Below, in pieces: positions 61,590 to 64,000 of a stretch of 64,000 bases of DNA. Each line of letters starts with the position of its first letter. The first letter of the stretch is position 1. The stretch spans positions 1,024,001 through 1,088,000 of the forward strand of contig CAVXXK010000001.1 of NCBI GenBank assembly GCA_963765675.1. Direction: 5' to 3'. A program made the position numbers and the translations under genes. This DNA is from an uncultured delta proteobacterium. GTDB lineage: Bacteria > Desulfobacterota > Binatia > Binatales > Binataceae. A model generated the notes under the pieces. That model did no database searches. It had not been told where the DNA came from and worked only from the letters and a program-made list of their open reading frames with translations.

Positions 61590-62048
61590 TCATTGCGGGA
61601 GCAACTCCGTGATTTCGCGCGGGAGCCGGTCCAGGCGTGCGGCGATTTCGTAGGCGCTTTGATAGTCGCGATGCTCGATTGCGACGGCGATCCGATCCTG
61701 AAGTTCACGGCAATGCAAAAGCGCGACGGTATGCGCGGCCGGGGGAAGCCCATACATCGCGGCTTCGGCGGAGAGCGCGGCTTTGGCGATCGTGGCAATC
61801 GCCAGATCGTTCAGAAAGGGCGAGCGCGGCTGGCGGGCGATGGCGTCGGCGATCCTGCCCAGATCGATCGGCAGCGTCCGCTCGGGGTCGGGCGCCAGCA
61901 GGCGGAGCAAGTCAGCTTTCGCCTCACGGATGGCGAGACGGTCGGCGGCGCTTAGCTTGCTCGCGGGCTCCACGATCAGGCGGCCGTCTTCGATAAGGAA
62001 CCGGATGCCACGCGGGGCCAGTCGCTCGACTATCTCTTGAGCGGTCAT
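61590..62048 (-). CDS. TubC N-terminal docking-domain-like protein (common next to mobile-element primases)
   Basis: 'EIVERLAPRGIRFLIEDGRLIVEP..KLSAADRLAIREAKADLLRLL'. Confidence 0.7.
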   Translation of the reverse strand: MTAQEIVERLAPRGIRFLIEDGRLIVEPASKLSAADRLAIREAKADLLRLLAPDPERTLPIDLGRIADAIARQPRSPFLNDLAIATIAKAALSAEAAMYGLPPAAHTVALLHCRELQDRIAVAIEHRDYQSAYEIAARLDRLPREITELLPQ

Positions 62049-63889
62049 GGTTCGTACCTATCCGTTTCCGGCCCCCTTTCCGCCGCCCCCAGCCGGTTAC
62101 TTACCTGACCGGTCGGCAAGGAAATGCGATCATCAAATCCCTTCTCTGCGTGAGACTTTAAGGTGAGCGTTTCCTGCCGGTCCTCTGCCCCAAGGGAGGC
62201 AGGAAACGCAGTTGTTGAAGACCCTCTCCCCGTTGCAGTCTGAGAGTCGTTATTTCCTGCCGGTGGTCTTAGGATGTAGGGGTGTTTGCTAGTACCCGCG
62301 CCATCCATGATCCAGTCCCGGTCGGCCCGATCGTCGATCAGCCGGCGTGCGGCGGCACGGCTCAGCCCCGCGTTAGTAAGTAAGGTGATGGCATCGGGGT
62401 TCTTCGCGATCGGCAGCGCCAGCTTGAGCTTACCGACCGCAAGATCGACCTTCATCTGGTCTGAGTCCTTCGCCTTGCGCTTCACATCTTCGAGCTGCTG
62501 CTCGACCTCGCGCGTAACATCGAGAACGCTCCACGGATCGGTGTCGTGGCGGACCTCGAAACAGAGTGGGTCCGGTTCCTCACCCAACCTGAATTTCGAC
62601 GGCACGAGTGCGAGGCGGTACGCATCCCGCCGCCGTCGGCGTTGGGCGCGTTCACTCCAGGTGTGCTCACCGCTATCTGGCAGAGCATCCCACCACACCC
62701 TATGCTGTGACTCGATTTTTAACTCTGTTGCGTCTCTGACCTCGAATACAATGTCCGCGCGATCGCCTAGGATTCCCGATCCTCTAATTTTTAATGCGAG
62801 CTTGTCGGTATTCGCGAGGAGGAGAATTGCCGGGCCGCGCCTCGCCGCATCGAGCAGAGGGGCCAATCCCGCGCCCGCTTTCCCGCCATCTTTTTCTTCG
62901 ATGCCTTCGGTCGCGGCACTGACCGAATCAAGAATCACAATATCGTAGTCAGCATAAGGGAAAGCTGCCCATGCGTTCTTATCTGTCAGCGCCGGGGCTT
63001 CGTCGCGGGCAATGACCTTAAGCATATCTCCCAGCCCACTCGCACCCCACGCTTTCAATCGACGCTTTATTTCTCTCTTCGGATTATCTCTGTCGATTAT
63101 AAGAATGCGAAGGCCGCGCCGCGCTGCTGCGATTACGAGCCAGTACGCTAAGTTGGTTTTGCCTAAACCTCTCGGGCTGGCGATGATCGTAACTGACTCT
63201 TTTGCAAGTACGCTTTTTTCCAGCCATTGCGCCTCAGGATCAATCGAAGTGAGAAACTTATCTATCTGTATTGCCCGCGCCCACGGCGTCTCAGCGCGCG
63301 CATCCTGCCCGGCCGCTGGCAGCGCCTTTTCCAGGTCTATCGCTGCGACCGCCGGGAGAAATTCATCCAGCGCGCCGCGCGCAACCGTATCCAGCTCTTC
63401 CGTCGATCTCAGTCGCCGACAAGTTGCCGGGCGGCTGGTAGCGTGCCTGCCCGGTCCTCATCGCGACGCGTAAATCCTCGATCAGCGATTCGCGAGCTGC
63501 ATCCCTATCCATTCCTGGTCCCCACTTCTTCGCGCCGGGATTTTGCAGCGCCGCTTTCGCGACTTCCAACAGCTCGAGTTTCCAACTCGTCAGATCGCGG
63601 GCTATATGCCTGCGCGCCATCGGAAGCAGCACCGGGCGACGCCGACTCGGCGTTATCGGATCGATCGACTCCGAGATTGGCGAGCGCCGCGAAAATCTTC
63701 TCTTTGCTTGCATCCGCCCGCGCAGTGTGTCGCCGCGCTGGCCCCCGATCAGCGCGATCTTGAGCATCACTTGCGGCACAGCGGACATTCCCGGCTGAAA
63801 ACCTTGCCCGGTGTGCCCCACGCGAATTGTGGCGCTGATTCCGACGCCTTGGCCAGCGTGGCGAAGTCGGGCGCCGCCACTGCGCTCAT
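62045..63889 (-). CDS. Zn-finger primase-like / AAA_25 (RepA-type) helicase, multiply frameshifted upstream of about 63410
   Basis: The frame of ORF 62045..63058 stays open upstream to about 63455 and includes Walker A SPRGLGKT, IDRDNP and Walker B VILDS; CPLC and HCAGGC..IFAAL lie upstream in other frames. Confidence 0.7.
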
Positions 63890-64000
63890 CGCGGACGGTC
63901 CGGCAGGGCGGGGATCAGCGACTCCGCTACGATCCGATCGATCTCGACTTGAGGGATGCGGACGGCGCGCCCGATTTTGCAACGCGCGATCTTGCGGCGG

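Larger units (their letters stand above)
58483..64000. mobile_element. End of an integrated phage-satellite/PICI-like element (continues beyond the window)
   Basis: Bounded by the tRNA fragment; CCCACA tandem repeat near 58660-58680; hicBA; TubC_N protein; Zn-finger primase/AAA gene. Confidence 0.7.

Overview
GC-rich bacterial chromosome segment. Gene content suggests a soil Deltaproteobacteria-like lineage such as Candidatus Binatota (inference only). Positions 1-55.3 kb are mostly core or metabolic genes: a porin, an RND efflux trio, UvrD/PcrA, FabI, GloB, a HemJ-like protein, a CoA-transferase, FtsB, an alkyl sulfatase, NagA, a large NAD-glutamate dehydrogenase, RlmD, a MEMO1-family protein, a complete kdpFABC operon, boxCB, a GH5, a CaiB/AMACR and a YddA-like ABC transporter. 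The kdp operon lacks KdpE. It has a split KdpD, a KinB/AlgB-like sigma54 two-component pair and a -24/-12 promoter instead. From about 55.4 kb the region is accessory: a 5'-truncated pentaheme cytochrome, a truncated tyrosine integrase, a tRNA-Val(CAC) 3' fragment (att site) and the end of a phage-satellite-like element (Cys-rich lipoprotein, hicBA, TubC_N protein, primase/AAA). The most unusual signal is missed by the ORF track: a self-contained transcription unit at 18.7-19.1 kb. It has a near-consensus sigma70 promoter, a 32-aa lysine-rich peptide and a 3' region of four hairpins that all display UAAC at the loop. Several genes carry single-base frameshifts that look like long-read assembly errors. 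All product calls come from motif recognition by eye; no searches were run.
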